Source: a virus. Taken from it: 64,000 nucleotides of DNA. Shown piece after piece: positions 1 through 7,835 of this stretch. The stretch lies in IMG/VR virus record IMGVR_UViG_3300047160_006900, positions 32,001 to 96,000 of that record; one strand, given 5' to 3'. Both the position numbers and the translations under genes were made by a program. The notes beneath the pieces were generated by a model, which searched no databases, was not told the origin of the DNA, and saw nothing but the letters and a program-made list of their open reading frames with translations. Within the stretch, counting starts at the first letter, position 1. Each line of letters opens with the position of its first letter.

Positions 1-2
1 GG

Positions 3-107
3 GCGGTGTGTGGAGGGTTGTCCATGTACAGCGTCGCTGACCAGAAGACCTGTGCTCAGCGGCTGATCGACGCTGCCGGGGGCTCGTTGGCCCCCTGGGC
101 GGAGTAG
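3..107 (+). CDS. C-terminal fragment of an Rpf/lytic-transglycosylase-like protein (5' truncated by window)
   Basis: Hand translation AVCGGLSMYSVADQKTCAQRLIDAAGGSLAPWAE* resembles the Rpf end motif (GG...S.xxQ...A.RL...G...PW). Followed by a hairpin. Confidence 0.5.
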   Translation, partial: AVCGGLSMYSVADQKTCAQRLIDAAGGSLAPWAE

Positions 108-113
108 CCAGGT

Positions 114-143
114 GCCCCGGTCCTCCCCAGGGACCGGGGCCTT
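114..143 (+). terminator. Stem-loop, probable intrinsic terminator
   Basis: GCCCCGGTCC-TCCCCAG-GGACCGGGGC forms a 10-bp stem immediately after the stop at 107. Confidence 0.55.
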
Positions 144-159
144 GGTGTATCCTATTGAC

Positions 160-498
160 ATGCCGAGAGACGACACCTACCGCTTGCGAGAGGATCCCCG
201 CTGTGGCCCGTGGATCGTGACGGCGGCGTCGAGTCGGGTGGCCCGGTTTCGTTGGGATTACAACAACGACGTGATGCAGGTCCAGTGGCGGAACCAGAAG
301 AACATGGGATACCTGTATGACTGCGGGTATGAGGAGTTTCGGTCCATGTTGCGGATCAACTCCAAGGGGAAGCAGATCAACAACCCGCTCAACGGCTATA
401 CCTACCGGCCGATGGACCCCATCGAGTACGGGGCTCCGGTGGAACGGGACAACGCCCCGCTGTCTCGGGCCAGGGGTGTCACGGACATCCAGACTTGA
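160..498 (+). CDS. KTSC-domain-like protein
   Basis: SSRVARFRWDYNNDVMQVQWRN...YLYD...EEFRSML...SKGKQIN matches the KTSC pattern. ATG at 160 lies 6 nt after TG-TATCCT. Confidence 0.7.
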   Translation: MPRDDTYRLREDPRCGPWIVTAASSRVARFRWDYNNDVMQVQWRNQKNMGYLYDCGYEEFRSMLRINSKGKQINNPLNGYTYRPMDPIEYGAPVERDNAPLSRARGVTDIQT

Positions 499-749
499 AA
501 GAGTTCTGGATTCAGCGGCCCTGCTTCTACTGGGGCTATGACGATATCGATGAGGGCAAGCGGCTCAGTATGACCTGGATGGTTCATACCGAGCCGCCCT
601 TCTATCACGGGAGGGCTCTGCGGCTGCGGGTCCAGGATCGGGCCTATTGGTTCGGCCTCTACCGCAAGGCCAAGAAGCCGTTCGTGCGGGAGACCGAGAT
701 CCATCCGGAGGAGATCCGCTCATGGGTATACGACTCAAGAAGCCGCTGA
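495..749 (+). CDS. Hypothetical protein
   Basis: 84 aa ORF whose TTGA start overlaps the previous stop; aromatic-rich globular composition. Confidence 0.6.
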   Translation: MKEFWIQRPCFYWGYDDIDEGKRLSMTWMVHTEPPFYHGRALRLRVQDRAYWFGLYRKAKKPFVRETEIHPEEIRSWVYDSRSR

Positions 750-967
750 AGACCAACTCGGCGGTCCCGCCCCCGACCAAGCTGAAGTCCCTCTCGGGGG
801 ACGACCTCTACCTCTACGTGGAGTCGGGGTTGATGGCCTGCCAGCAGCGGCTGGCCGAGTTCCGCCAGGGTGACTTTTTGACCAAGCCGATTCGGCTGGA
901 GATGTTGGTGAGCGAGTTCGACGCCGTGACCGTCGGTCTCCAGGAGATGCAGGCTCGGACTGTCTAG
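722..967 (+). CDS. Hypothetical helical protein
   Basis: MGIRLKKPLK... with GGAGGAG upstream; tiles the gap between neighbours. Confidence 0.6.
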   Translation: MGIRLKKPLKTNSAVPPPTKLKSLSGDDLYLYVESGLMACQQRLAEFRQGDFLTKPIRLEMLVSEFDAVTVGLQEMQARTV

Positions 968-979
968 CGCTCCGAATAC

Positions 980-1008
980 TTGCACTTCTGGCTAGTGGTC
1001 GGTAAACT
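980..1008 (+). promoter_or_regulatory. SigA-type promoter TTGCAC-N17-TAAACT
   Basis: Exact 17-nt spacer; ATG follows at 1017 (near-leaderless). Confidence 0.65.
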
Positions 1009-1016
1009 GGTTGTTC

Positions 1017-1301
1017 ATGGAACAACTATCGTTACCCCTCATTACGGAGCAGGCATCGTCGTACGAAATCGTGCTGCTGCGGAACGACATCCCCATCCTG
1101 ACCCTGCACGCCGATGCCCTCGCAGAGGCCCAGAGCAAGCGACGGGACCTAGTCGATCTGCTCCAACGTGACCCTCGGAACCGCACGGTCTGGGAGGACA
1201 ACCCCCGTCCGACCGGGTGGTGGGGCCTCAGGCCCACGCCGCCGCTTGCTGCTGCGGTGTACAACATCCGCATCGAGTCCGTCAGGATCGGAGCATCGTG
1301 A
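1017..1301 (+). CDS. Hypothetical protein with N-terminal QLSLPL motif
   Basis: ORF directly downstream of the promoter; begins MEQLSLPL. Confidence 0.6.
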   Translation: MEQLSLPLITEQASSYEIVLLRNDIPILTLHADALAEAQSKRRDLVDLLQRDPRNRTVWEDNPRPTGWWGLRPTPPLAAAVYNIRIESVRIGAS

Positions 1302-1304
1302 GTC

Positions 1305-1721
1305 ATGAGCCACACCGAGATCCACATCAACGAGCCGGGGGCTTCCATCGAGGAGCGGGTTGCGGCTCTGGAGAAGCAGGTCGAATTCCTGTCCAAGGAC
1401 CGTCCTGGCCGTAAGATGAAGCCCAACATCACGTCCCAGCCCGGGGTCTGCGGTATCGACCCGGCTCGGGACTCCTCGATCTGTCCCGACGCCAGCATCT
1501 ACCGGTACCAGAACGGCTGTCAGGGTGACAAGTGCGTCCAGATCAACCGGGACTACTACTCCGACTACCGGGCCAAGCGACGGCAGAACACCAAGCCGAC
1601 GGCGGAGGCCGTAGTGGAGGATCTTCCCGCCTCGGTCAGTAACGGGGAGGCCAGCCATGAGCCCCCGTCGATGACGCCGCCCCCGCCAGCGCCGTTCGGT
1701 CTCGACATCGACGCTTCGTAA
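1305..1721 (+). CDS. Hypothetical Cys-containing protein
   Basis: 138 aa ORF with a short coiled coil (IEERVAALEKQV) and a C...C...YQNGCQGDKC motif. Confidence 0.65.
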   Translation: MSHTEIHINEPGASIEERVAALEKQVEFLSKDRPGRKMKPNITSQPGVCGIDPARDSSICPDASIYRYQNGCQGDKCVQINRDYYSDYRAKRRQNTKPTAEAVVEDLPASVSNGEASHEPPSMTPPPPAPFGLDIDAS

Positions 1722-1722
1722 C

Positions 1723-1875
1723 GTGGATTTCAGCGGCCATACACCAGATCCTACGGAGTATGACATCTACGTGGCGTGGTATGAGAAGCTGGTAGTCGAC
1801 GCTCTCTGGAAAGAGCGATACGGTTACGATCTCGTCACCGGAGGTATCCGTGGAGCCGACATCGACGCAGCCTGA
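1723..1875 (+). CDS. Small hypothetical protein (50 aa)
   Basis: Hand translation MDFSGHTPDPTEYDIYVAWYEKLVVDALWKERYGYDLVTGGIRGADIDAA*; fills the gap. Confidence 0.5.
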   Translation: MDFSGHTPDPTEYDIYVAWYEKLVVDALWKERYGYDLVTGGIRGADIDAA

Positions 1876-2098
1876 CGATGACACCGAGACTCTTCTATTG
1901 ATCTTGGAGTGGATCACGGAGCAGCGGAAGACCGATCAAGAGCAGTGGGAGGCCATCCATCGCCTCAAGCGGGTTCTCCGGCGTGTGCTGGAGAGGGTTA
2001 AGACCCTAGAGGAGGAGGTAGCAGCGCTACAGCCACCCACACCGCATCCTGCGGTAGCGGGTACAGTCAACTTCGGCACACCAGTGAAGAGGAGTTAG
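1850..2098 (+). CDS. Coiled-coil protein with C-terminal beta-strand tail
   Basis: GGAGG RBS; heptad region LKRVLRRVLERVKTLEEEVAAL; ends AVAGTVNFGTPVKRS. Confidence 0.7.
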   Translation: MEPTSTQPDDDTETLLLILEWITEQRKTDQEQWEAIHRLKRVLRRVLERVKTLEEEVAALQPPTPHPAVAGTVNFGTPVKRS

Positions 2099-2102
2099 GG
2101 CA

Positions 2103-2429
2103 ATGGCAGACGCAGTACTCAAGGACGACGAGGTATTCCCGACCGTGACCCTGTCGTGGACAGACGACCAGGGCAGTCCCACCACCTCCCCGACCACCAT
2201 CGCCGCCTCATCGTCCGACGAGGCCACGGTGACGGTGACCGAGAACTCCGACGGCAGCGGCAGCTATGCCGTCTCCTCGGTCGGTCCCGTCTCGACCGCC
2301 GACGTGACGGTCTCCTGGCTCGGGACGAACGACGACGGCAGCACGGTGACGGTCTCGGCGTTGGTCGCCGTGGTCTCCAGCGAGGCCGTGGGCGGTTCGG
2401 TGAACTTCGGAGAGCCCATCAAGCGCTGA
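2103..2429 (+). CDS. Small Ig-like beta-sandwich protein
   Basis: GAGGAG RBS; Ser/Thr/Val-rich strands with an SSSDEATVTV motif; ends AVGGSVNFGEPIKR. Confidence 0.7.
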   Translation: MADAVLKDDEVFPTVTLSWTDDQGSPTTSPTTIAASSSDEATVTVTENSDGSGSYAVSSVGPVSTADVTVSWLGTNDDGSTVTVSALVAVVSSEAVGGSVNFGEPIKR

Positions 2430-2430
2430 G

Positions 2431-2459
2431 TTGCACTCCCCGCAGGAGGGGAGTACAAT
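2431..2459 (+). promoter_or_regulatory. SigA-type promoter TTGCAC-N17-TACAAT overlapped by an inverted repeat
   Basis: 17-nt spacer; TGCACTCCCC / GGGGAGTACA dyad spans both boxes. Confidence 0.65.
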
Positions 2460-2465
2460 GAAAGC

Positions 2466-2553
2466 ATTCCGGTTCCTGGGTTCCTGGATTGGTCTCTGTG
2501 TGCTAGGAGCCGGAGTAAAGAGCCCCTCGGTCCACCGATCGGGGGGCTTCTTT
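2466..2553 (+). ncRNA. Candidate ~88-nt small RNA (14-bp hairpin plus terminator)
   Basis: ATTCCGGTTCCTGG (2466-2479) pairs with CTAGGAGCCGGAGT (2503-2516) allowing GU pairs, and starts at the predicted +1. Confidence 0.45.
2517..2553. terminator. Intrinsic terminator, possibly bidirectional
   Basis: AAAGAGCCCC-TCGG-TCCA-CCGA-TC-GGGGGGCTTCTTT. Confidence 0.75.
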
Positions 2554-2586
2554 ATGCCATAGTGGCGGGAGGATTCGATTAAAGGA

Positions 2587-3171
2587 GTGGGTCCAATGCC
2601 CGAATCACATTACGAACCGGCTCCAGCACTACAAGATCCAGCCCCAGACCTACCCCCTGACCCCACTCCTCCTCCTCCTCCGGACCCAACTCCTCCTCCG
2701 GACCCTGCTCCCGAACCTCCCCCTCCGCCACCGGACCCAGCCCCAGAACCCGATCCGACTCCGCCTCCGGACCCTGCCCCAGCCCCAGAACCCCCTCCTG
2801 AGCCCGCCCCTGAGCCTCCTCCGGCCCCCTCTGGGGACGACTCCGGCGACGAGCCGAAGTACATCGAGCCGGTACGGGACGACGTGGTCGATGTTCCTGA
2901 GGCTCCCCCGGCTCCGCTCGTACCTCCGGGGGACTCGGGTGGAATCGCCCCTGAGGATCAGCCCAATCCGGAACTCCCGGAACTGGAGCCCCAAGAACCC
3001 ATCTACGAGGGCGAGGGCGTTCCGGCCGATGAGCAGCAGCAGCAATTGGCCGAGGATGAGGCTCAGTTCCAGGAGACGTACGACCAGCAGCGGGATGAGC
3101 ACGAACAGGCCTGGCAGGACGAGCAGGCCCAGATTCTGCAGGAGCGCGTGAAGCGGCTGGAGGGTCAGTAG
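2587..3171 (+). CDS. Proline/acidic-rich low-complexity protein
   Basis: AAGGAG RBS; DP[AT]P repeats followed by an acidic helical C-terminus. Confidence 0.7.
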   Translation: MGPMPESHYEPAPALQDPAPDLPPDPTPPPPPDPTPPPDPAPEPPPPPPDPAPEPDPTPPPDPAPAPEPPPEPAPEPPPAPSGDDSGDEPKYIEPVRDDVVDVPEAPPAPLVPPGDSGGIAPEDQPNPELPELEPQEPIYEGEGVPADEQQQQLAEDEAQFQETYDQQRDEHEQAWQDEQAQILQERVKRLEGQ

Positions 3172-3196
3172 ATCGGGTATGCCATAGTTATCGGTA

Positions 3197-4756
3197 ATGA
3201 CGATCTACGACGAGCCCCCCCTCTTTGAGGAAGAAGTCGAGGAGGAAGAGGAAGAAGAACTCCTCAATCCTGACGACGCCGCCTTCGTAGACGAACTGGT
3301 CAAGCGGATCATCCTCTTCTGCGAGGAGTTCTCCGGTTATGAACTGCGCCCCTACCAGCGGGAAATGGCCTACCGAATCGTGGAGTCTCTTGTCCTCTGC
3401 GACGGTGAGGAAGTCACTGCTCTCTGGGCACGCCAGAGTGGAAAGTCTGAAACCCTCTCCATCATCGTCGCCGGGTGCATGGTCATTCTGCCCAAGCTGG
3501 CAATGTCCTTCGACATTCTGGAGCGGTTCAAGCGGGGCATGTGGGTCGGGGTGTTTGCCCCCGTTGACAGCCAGTCCGATTTCCTTCACGGACGAATCGT
3601 TGACAAGCTGACCTCCGACCAGGCCCTGGAGTTCTTTGCCGATCCGGAACTGGACGAGGCGGTAGACGGGAAGTCCAAGGTCATTCGTCTCCGTAGTGGT
3701 TCTCTCTGTCGGCGGTCGACGGCAAACCCCCGGGCCAAGATCGAGGGGGCCTCGTATCACCTCGTCGTGATCGATGAGGCCCAGGACGCCGACGACACGG
3801 TGGTCCGCAAGTCCATTCACCCCATGCTGGCTGCCTACGCCGGGTCCATGGTGAAGATCGGGACCCCCTCGTTCGTCAAGGGCGACTTCTACCGGGCCAT
3901 CCAGTTGAACAAGCGACGCAGCACGAACCGCAAGGGTCGTCTCAATCACTTTGAATATGACCATAAAGTGATATCGAAGTACAACAAGTACTACGCCAAG
4001 TTCATCGGGCAGGAGAAGATCCGTCTCGGAGAAGACAGCGACGAGTATCAGATGTCATATTGCTTGAAGTGGCAGTTGGAACGAGGCATGCTCATCACCG
4101 AGGAGGATCTGGACTATCTCTCCGATTCCTCCATGCCGCTCGTCCGATCCTGGCATCGGACGCCCTGCGTAGTGGGGATCGACCCGGCCCGGGTCAAGGA
4201 CTCCACCGTGGTGACGGTGTGTTGGGTGGACTGGGATTATCCTGATCCGGCCGGATACCGGGAACACCGGATTCTCAACTGGCTGGAGATCCACAACACC
4301 GAGTGGGAAGAGCAGTACTTCCAGATCGTGGATTTCCTCGACAACTACAACCTGGCTTTCGTGGGGGTGGATGCCCAGGGCATGGGAGGACCGGTTGCTG
4401 ATCGTCTCAAGCGACTGCTGGAACACCGATGTGAGGTCGTCCCCCTCTCCTCCGACCTCAAGACCCAGGCCGATCGGTGGCAACACCTGATCGCTCTGCT
4501 GCAGCGGCGCATGATCGTGTATCCCGGCCACTCCAAGGCCAAGCGGACCCGGACCTGGAAACGATTCCGACAGCAGATGGAAGATGCGGAGAAGGTGATC
4601 AAGAACAACTACATGATCATCCAAGCCCCGCCGGATGAGCGTGGGACTCACGACGATTTCGTGGATTCACTGGCGATCGCCTGTGCCATGTCGATGCAGG
4701 ACACCGTGCCCTACGTGGAAACCTTTGAAGCTCCTTGGTATAGCGAGAGCCGATAG
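3197..4756 (+). CDS. terL: Terminase large subunit
   Basis: LRPYQ adenine-binding motif, Walker A ARQSGKS, Walker B VVIDEAQD, GTP coupling motif, nuclease GIDPA and HDDFVDS. Confidence 0.96.
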   Translation: MTIYDEPPLFEEEVEEEEEEELLNPDDAAFVDELVKRIILFCEEFSGYELRPYQREMAYRIVESLVLCDGEEVTALWARQSGKSETLSIIVAGCMVILPKLAMSFDILERFKRGMWVGVFAPVDSQSDFLHGRIVDKLTSDQALEFFADPELDEAVDGKSKVIRLRSGSLCRRSTANPRAKIEGASYHLVVIDEAQDADDTVVRKSIHPMLAAYAGSMVKIGTPSFVKGDFYRAIQLNKRRSTNRKGRLNHFEYDHKVISKYNKYYAKFIGQEKIRLGEDSDEYQMSYCLKWQLERGMLITEEDLDYLSDSSMPLVRSWHRTPCVVGIDPARVKDSTVVTVCWVDWDYPDPAGYREHRILNWLEIHNTEWEEQYFQIVDFLDNYNLAFVGVDAQGMGGPVADRLKRLLEHRCEVVPLSSDLKTQADRWQHLIALLQRRMIVYPGHSKAKRTRTWKRFRQQMEDAEKVIKNNYMIIQAPPDERGTHDDFVDSLAIACAMSMQDTVPYVETFEAPWYSESR

Positions 4757-4771
4757 CAGATCGGTACTGCT

Positions 4772-4990
4772 ATGCAGGCCAGCAGCACGGCGGCGCAGGA
4801 CTTTTTTCTGGTGCTGATCTCGGTGGGCATCTCAGCGTTCCTCAGTGCTGCGGTGTGGATACTGGTCAAGGTCACTCGCAACGACGTGCGGCTGGATGAG
4901 CACGGTACCCATCTGGACAATCATGAGCACCGCATCCATGACCTGGAGCACGATCACGATCAGCGTCATGATGACGACGACGAGGACTGA
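4772..4990 (+). CDS. Small membrane protein with His-rich coiled coil (holin/XhlA-like)
   Basis: One hydrophobic helix followed by LDEHGTHLDNHEHRIHDLEH. Confidence 0.6.
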   Translation: MQASSTAAQDFFLVLISVGISAFLSAAVWILVKVTRNDVRLDEHGTHLDNHEHRIHDLEHDHDQRHDDDDED

Positions 4991-5031
4991 CACTCACCTG
5001 TGCCATACTGAGCCAATCAAGGAGGACCGAT

Positions 5032-5394
5032 ATGGCTTACGCTCCCGAGAGTGGGTACGAAACCGCAATCGCCAACAACACCCAGCGACGGGGTCCGCTG
5101 CGTTTTGAGGAGGGTGTCGCCACCGACACCGACATCCCGAACGACTTCGGTCGGGGGGCGTACAGCGACACCGCTGGGGACGCCCGTGGTCGTCAGACCA
5201 TGGCGGGCATGCTCAAGACGCCCCAGGAGACCATGGCGGAGCGGGTCCACATGGGCTCGGCGTCCTGGATCGAGGCTCCGTCGGAGCTATCGGAGTTTGT
5301 CCAGGGAGCGATGACGGATCACCCGTCGTTTGAGCGGGTCCAGGGCAGCGAGCGGCGGATCCTGCGACACAACCCCACCTGCGTCAACGACTGA
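5032..5394 (+). CDS. Phage hypothetical protein, probably virion-associated
   Basis: AAGGAGG RBS; RRGPLRFEEGVATDTD motif; lies between terminase and portal. Confidence 0.75.
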   Translation: MAYAPESGYETAIANNTQRRGPLRFEEGVATDTDIPNDFGRGAYSDTAGDARGRQTMAGMLKTPQETMAERVHMGSASWIEAPSELSEFVQGAMTDHPSFERVQGSERRILRHNPTCVND

Positions 5395-5401
5395 TCCCGT
5401 C

Positions 5402-5644
5402 ATGGCGTACGGGATCGACCCGCCGGGAGCCGTGACCGGCCGTCCGCAGGGTCGCCTGACACGCCCCAAGCCGGTCTTCGCTCTCCATCCGAACGCCCCT
5501 CAGATGCCGGAGTTCATCAAGACCGCCAAGGATCTGATGAACACCTATGGCACTAGCCAGTTACCCCCCGGGCTGATGCCCCGTTGGATGCGGAACAAGA
5601 CCAACCTCCACATCTCCAAGGGGATGACCAAGGGGGCGCAGTAG
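5402..5644 (+). CDS. Hypothetical protein
   Basis: 80 aa ORF starting MAYG; stop overlaps the next GTG. Confidence 0.6.
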   Translation: MAYGIDPPGAVTGRPQGRLTRPKPVFALHPNAPQMPEFIKTAKDLMNTYGTSQLPPGLMPRWMRNKTNLHISKGMTKGAQ

Positions 5645-7131
5645 TGGCGAAGAAGCTGAAGCCTGCTCAGGCCAGTCCGCCACCGGAGCGGAGACCCTGG
5701 GGATACTGGGATCAGAATATCGGCAGTAACCTCCGGCCTGCTCCCGAGGTCCCCCATGAGCCCCCGGAGGGGGAGAACCTCATGAAGCCCGGGGCCGGGG
5801 GTATCCCTCGGCCCGGGACGAAGTTCGCCAAGCCTCCGAAGCCCCCGACCCCGGAGCAGTCAGCGCAGATCACGCAGGCCAAGACCAGCCGACGGAATTG
5901 GGCACGGAGGAAAGAGGGTCAGGAACGCCTCCGTACTGCTCCCGAGTACTTTGCGAATCGGCCGGAGTCGGAGACCGGAGTTCCTCAACCGAGGCAGCAG
6001 ATGTCGGTCGGGATGCTGTACGCCTGGAAAGGCTGGACGGAGCAGACCGGGTCGGGTCCCAGTCACTGGGATCGCCAGCTTCCGGGAATGGCGGATCCCA
6101 ATGCCGCCCCTCGTCCACCGAGGTGGGAGGAGCTTCACCCTGATACTCGGGCTCATGTTGAGCGTGAGTTGGCCGAACGGGGGACCAGCGTCGAGCAGAT
6201 GGGGAAGGACTTCGGGGCGCAGTTGGATCAGGCCTACCTCCGGGCGGAGCAGTTCCGACCTGAGGTTCGGGAATCCCAGGTATTGGACGCTCAGCACTCC
6301 GGGGCCGCTATTCCTTCCTATGGCATGCACCCTTACGGGATGGACTTCTACTCCACCGGAGAGCCCCGTAAGGTGATCGATGAGTCGGCCAAGGAACTGG
6401 GTATCCCCCAGCCGGTCCATGCGGTGATGAACTCTCTCACCTCTCCGCAGACGAAGTTCCAACAGATCCACAAGACCGGAGAGGTCTCGTATCCCAACAA
6501 CGACGTGGCGATGCATGCCGTACGACACGCTCAGGCCGGAGGGACGTACGAGGACGTCTCCAATCAGATCACCGGGACCGAGAAGCGGCATCAGGGTTTC
6601 AAGACGAATCTTCGTAAGGCGGTTCGGGCCACGGAACAGCACATGGAAGGGGTGTCCCCCTCGGATTGGCGGGGCGTGCCTTCTAAGAGTAATCCGGAGG
6701 GATCGAGCCTCTGGGAGAACGCTCCGAAGACCGGTCCTTACGCCAACTCGTTCTCGGACACTCACCCGCAGTTCGTAGTGGGAGACGTCCATACCGGTGG
6801 GGGTGGAGGAGTCCCGCATCTCAGTAGTGACAAGCCGGTCCTACGTGATGCGGAAGGGAATCCTCGACTGAACAAAGAGGGCCGGGAGATTCGGGACAAG
6901 TCGGAGCGGGAGAAGGCGATTGCCGACGTGCCCTTCTACCACAGCGCCATGGACTACGCCGTGCGCCAGGAGATGATCAAGCGGAACCTTGGTTCGGTCC
7001 GGGATACCCAGGGGGCGGAGTGGGGAGAAGAGCAACTCTCCCGCAACCTGAAGAGCGGGCCGAAGGAGCATCAGGTCTACAAGCGGCAGGACGTGTTCCA
7101 CCAGCAAGCCCAGCAGGGGAAGCTCTTTTGA
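5644..7131 (+). CDS. Large hypothetical protein, C-terminal region possibly HhH DNA-glycosylase-like
   Basis: Motif order FY...SLTSPQ...N...KA...KTGPYANS...VVGDVH...Y...Q.AEW; ends QQGKLF. The ORF is solid, the function is inferred. Confidence 0.6.
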   Translation: MAKKLKPAQASPPPERRPWGYWDQNIGSNLRPAPEVPHEPPEGENLMKPGAGGIPRPGTKFAKPPKPPTPEQSAQITQAKTSRRNWARRKEGQERLRTAPEYFANRPESETGVPQPRQQMSVGMLYAWKGWTEQTGSGPSHWDRQLPGMADPNAAPRPPRWEELHPDTRAHVERELAERGTSVEQMGKDFGAQLDQAYLRAEQFRPEVRESQVLDAQHSGAAIPSYGMHPYGMDFYSTGEPRKVIDESAKELGIPQPVHAVMNSLTSPQTKFQQIHKTGEVSYPNNDVAMHAVRHAQAGGTYEDVSNQITGTEKRHQGFKTNLRKAVRATEQHMEGVSPSDWRGVPSKSNPEGSSLWENAPKTGPYANSFSDTHPQFVVGDVHTGGGGGVPHLSSDKPVLRDAEGNPRLNKEGREIRDKSEREKAIADVPFYHSAMDYAVRQEMIKRNLGSVRDTQGAEWGEEQLSRNLKSGPKEHQVYKRQDVFHQQAQQGKLF

Positions 7132-7661
7132 TGGCGGCCAGCCACCACCTCAGCCCGCTCCAGCTTGGGTCGCTAGCTGATCGATTGGCGGATCCGGAGC
7201 AGGCTGGGTTCAGTGCTCGGGCGTTTGGTCCCGGAGCGGGGGAGGAGCCTCCGGCCAACAGCTACATGGTGGCGACGCCGGGGCAGGGGCAGAACAACAT
7301 GATCATGCCGGTCTCAGCCGAGGAGATCGGGTCGTTCGCCAACAGTCGGACCGCAACCCTACGACCGGAGGGTCGATATTTGGGTGGTTGGAGCGTGGGG
7401 AAGGAGGCCTCGTTGGATGTATCGCAGGCCTACCCCTTCTCGCAGGGTCACCAGGCCATGAACCAGGGCATCGCCGGGAACGAGATCGGTATCGGGATGA
7501 TCGGGCGGCGAGGCCAGTACGTGGGGACCATGCCGGTGGTGGATCCTCGGAAGCTCTTGACTGATGTCAAGGGGCTTCAAAGTCGAGTTCGTCTATTGGG
7601 TAAAGGGCCTCGTCCAGCCCTCGGACCTGGACTCGGCGGTCGTTCGGGTCCGGCTCGGTAG
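7131..7661 (+). CDS. Hypothetical protein
   Basis: TGATG coupling; YMVA...YLGGW...LDVS motifs. 3' end overlaps the minus-strand gene. Confidence 0.65.
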   Translation: MAASHHLSPLQLGSLADRLADPEQAGFSARAFGPGAGEEPPANSYMVATPGQGQNNMIMPVSAEEIGSFANSRTATLRPEGRYLGGWSVGKEASLDVSQAYPFSQGHQAMNQGIAGNEIGIGMIGRRGQYVGTMPVVDPRKLLTDVKGLQSRVRLLGKGPRPALGPGLGGRSGPAR

Positions 7662-7818
7662 GGAGCAGACGATGTCCGTCCTTGTAGTGGAACACCGGCT
7701 TGTCGGGCTTGGGAGCCTGGTGGTGGGGTCGACAGGTGTTCCAGCCTTCGATGGAGACGCTGTTGCCCCAGTCGCCGCAGACTTCGCAGTAGTAGGTCCT
7801 GATCTTGTCGTGCACCAT
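7567..7818 (-). CDS. Small CxxC zinc-finger-like protein, the only convincing minus-strand gene
   Basis: MVHDKIRTYYCEVCGDWG...C; on the minus strand TGCTATACT lies 6 nt before the ATG. Confidence 0.6.
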   Translation of the reverse strand: MVHDKIRTYYCEVCGDWGNSVSIEGWNTCRPHHQAPKPDKPVFHYKDGHRLLPTEPDPNDRRVQVRGLDEALYPIDELDFEAP

Positions 7819-7835
7819 GAGGCGAGTATAGCAAA

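Noticed and set aside
1722-1850. tRNA gene in the apparent gap
   Set aside because: No cloverleaf or TTCGA T-loop found; a 50-codon ORF fills the gap. I saw no tRNA elsewhere by eye, but tRNAscan was not run.
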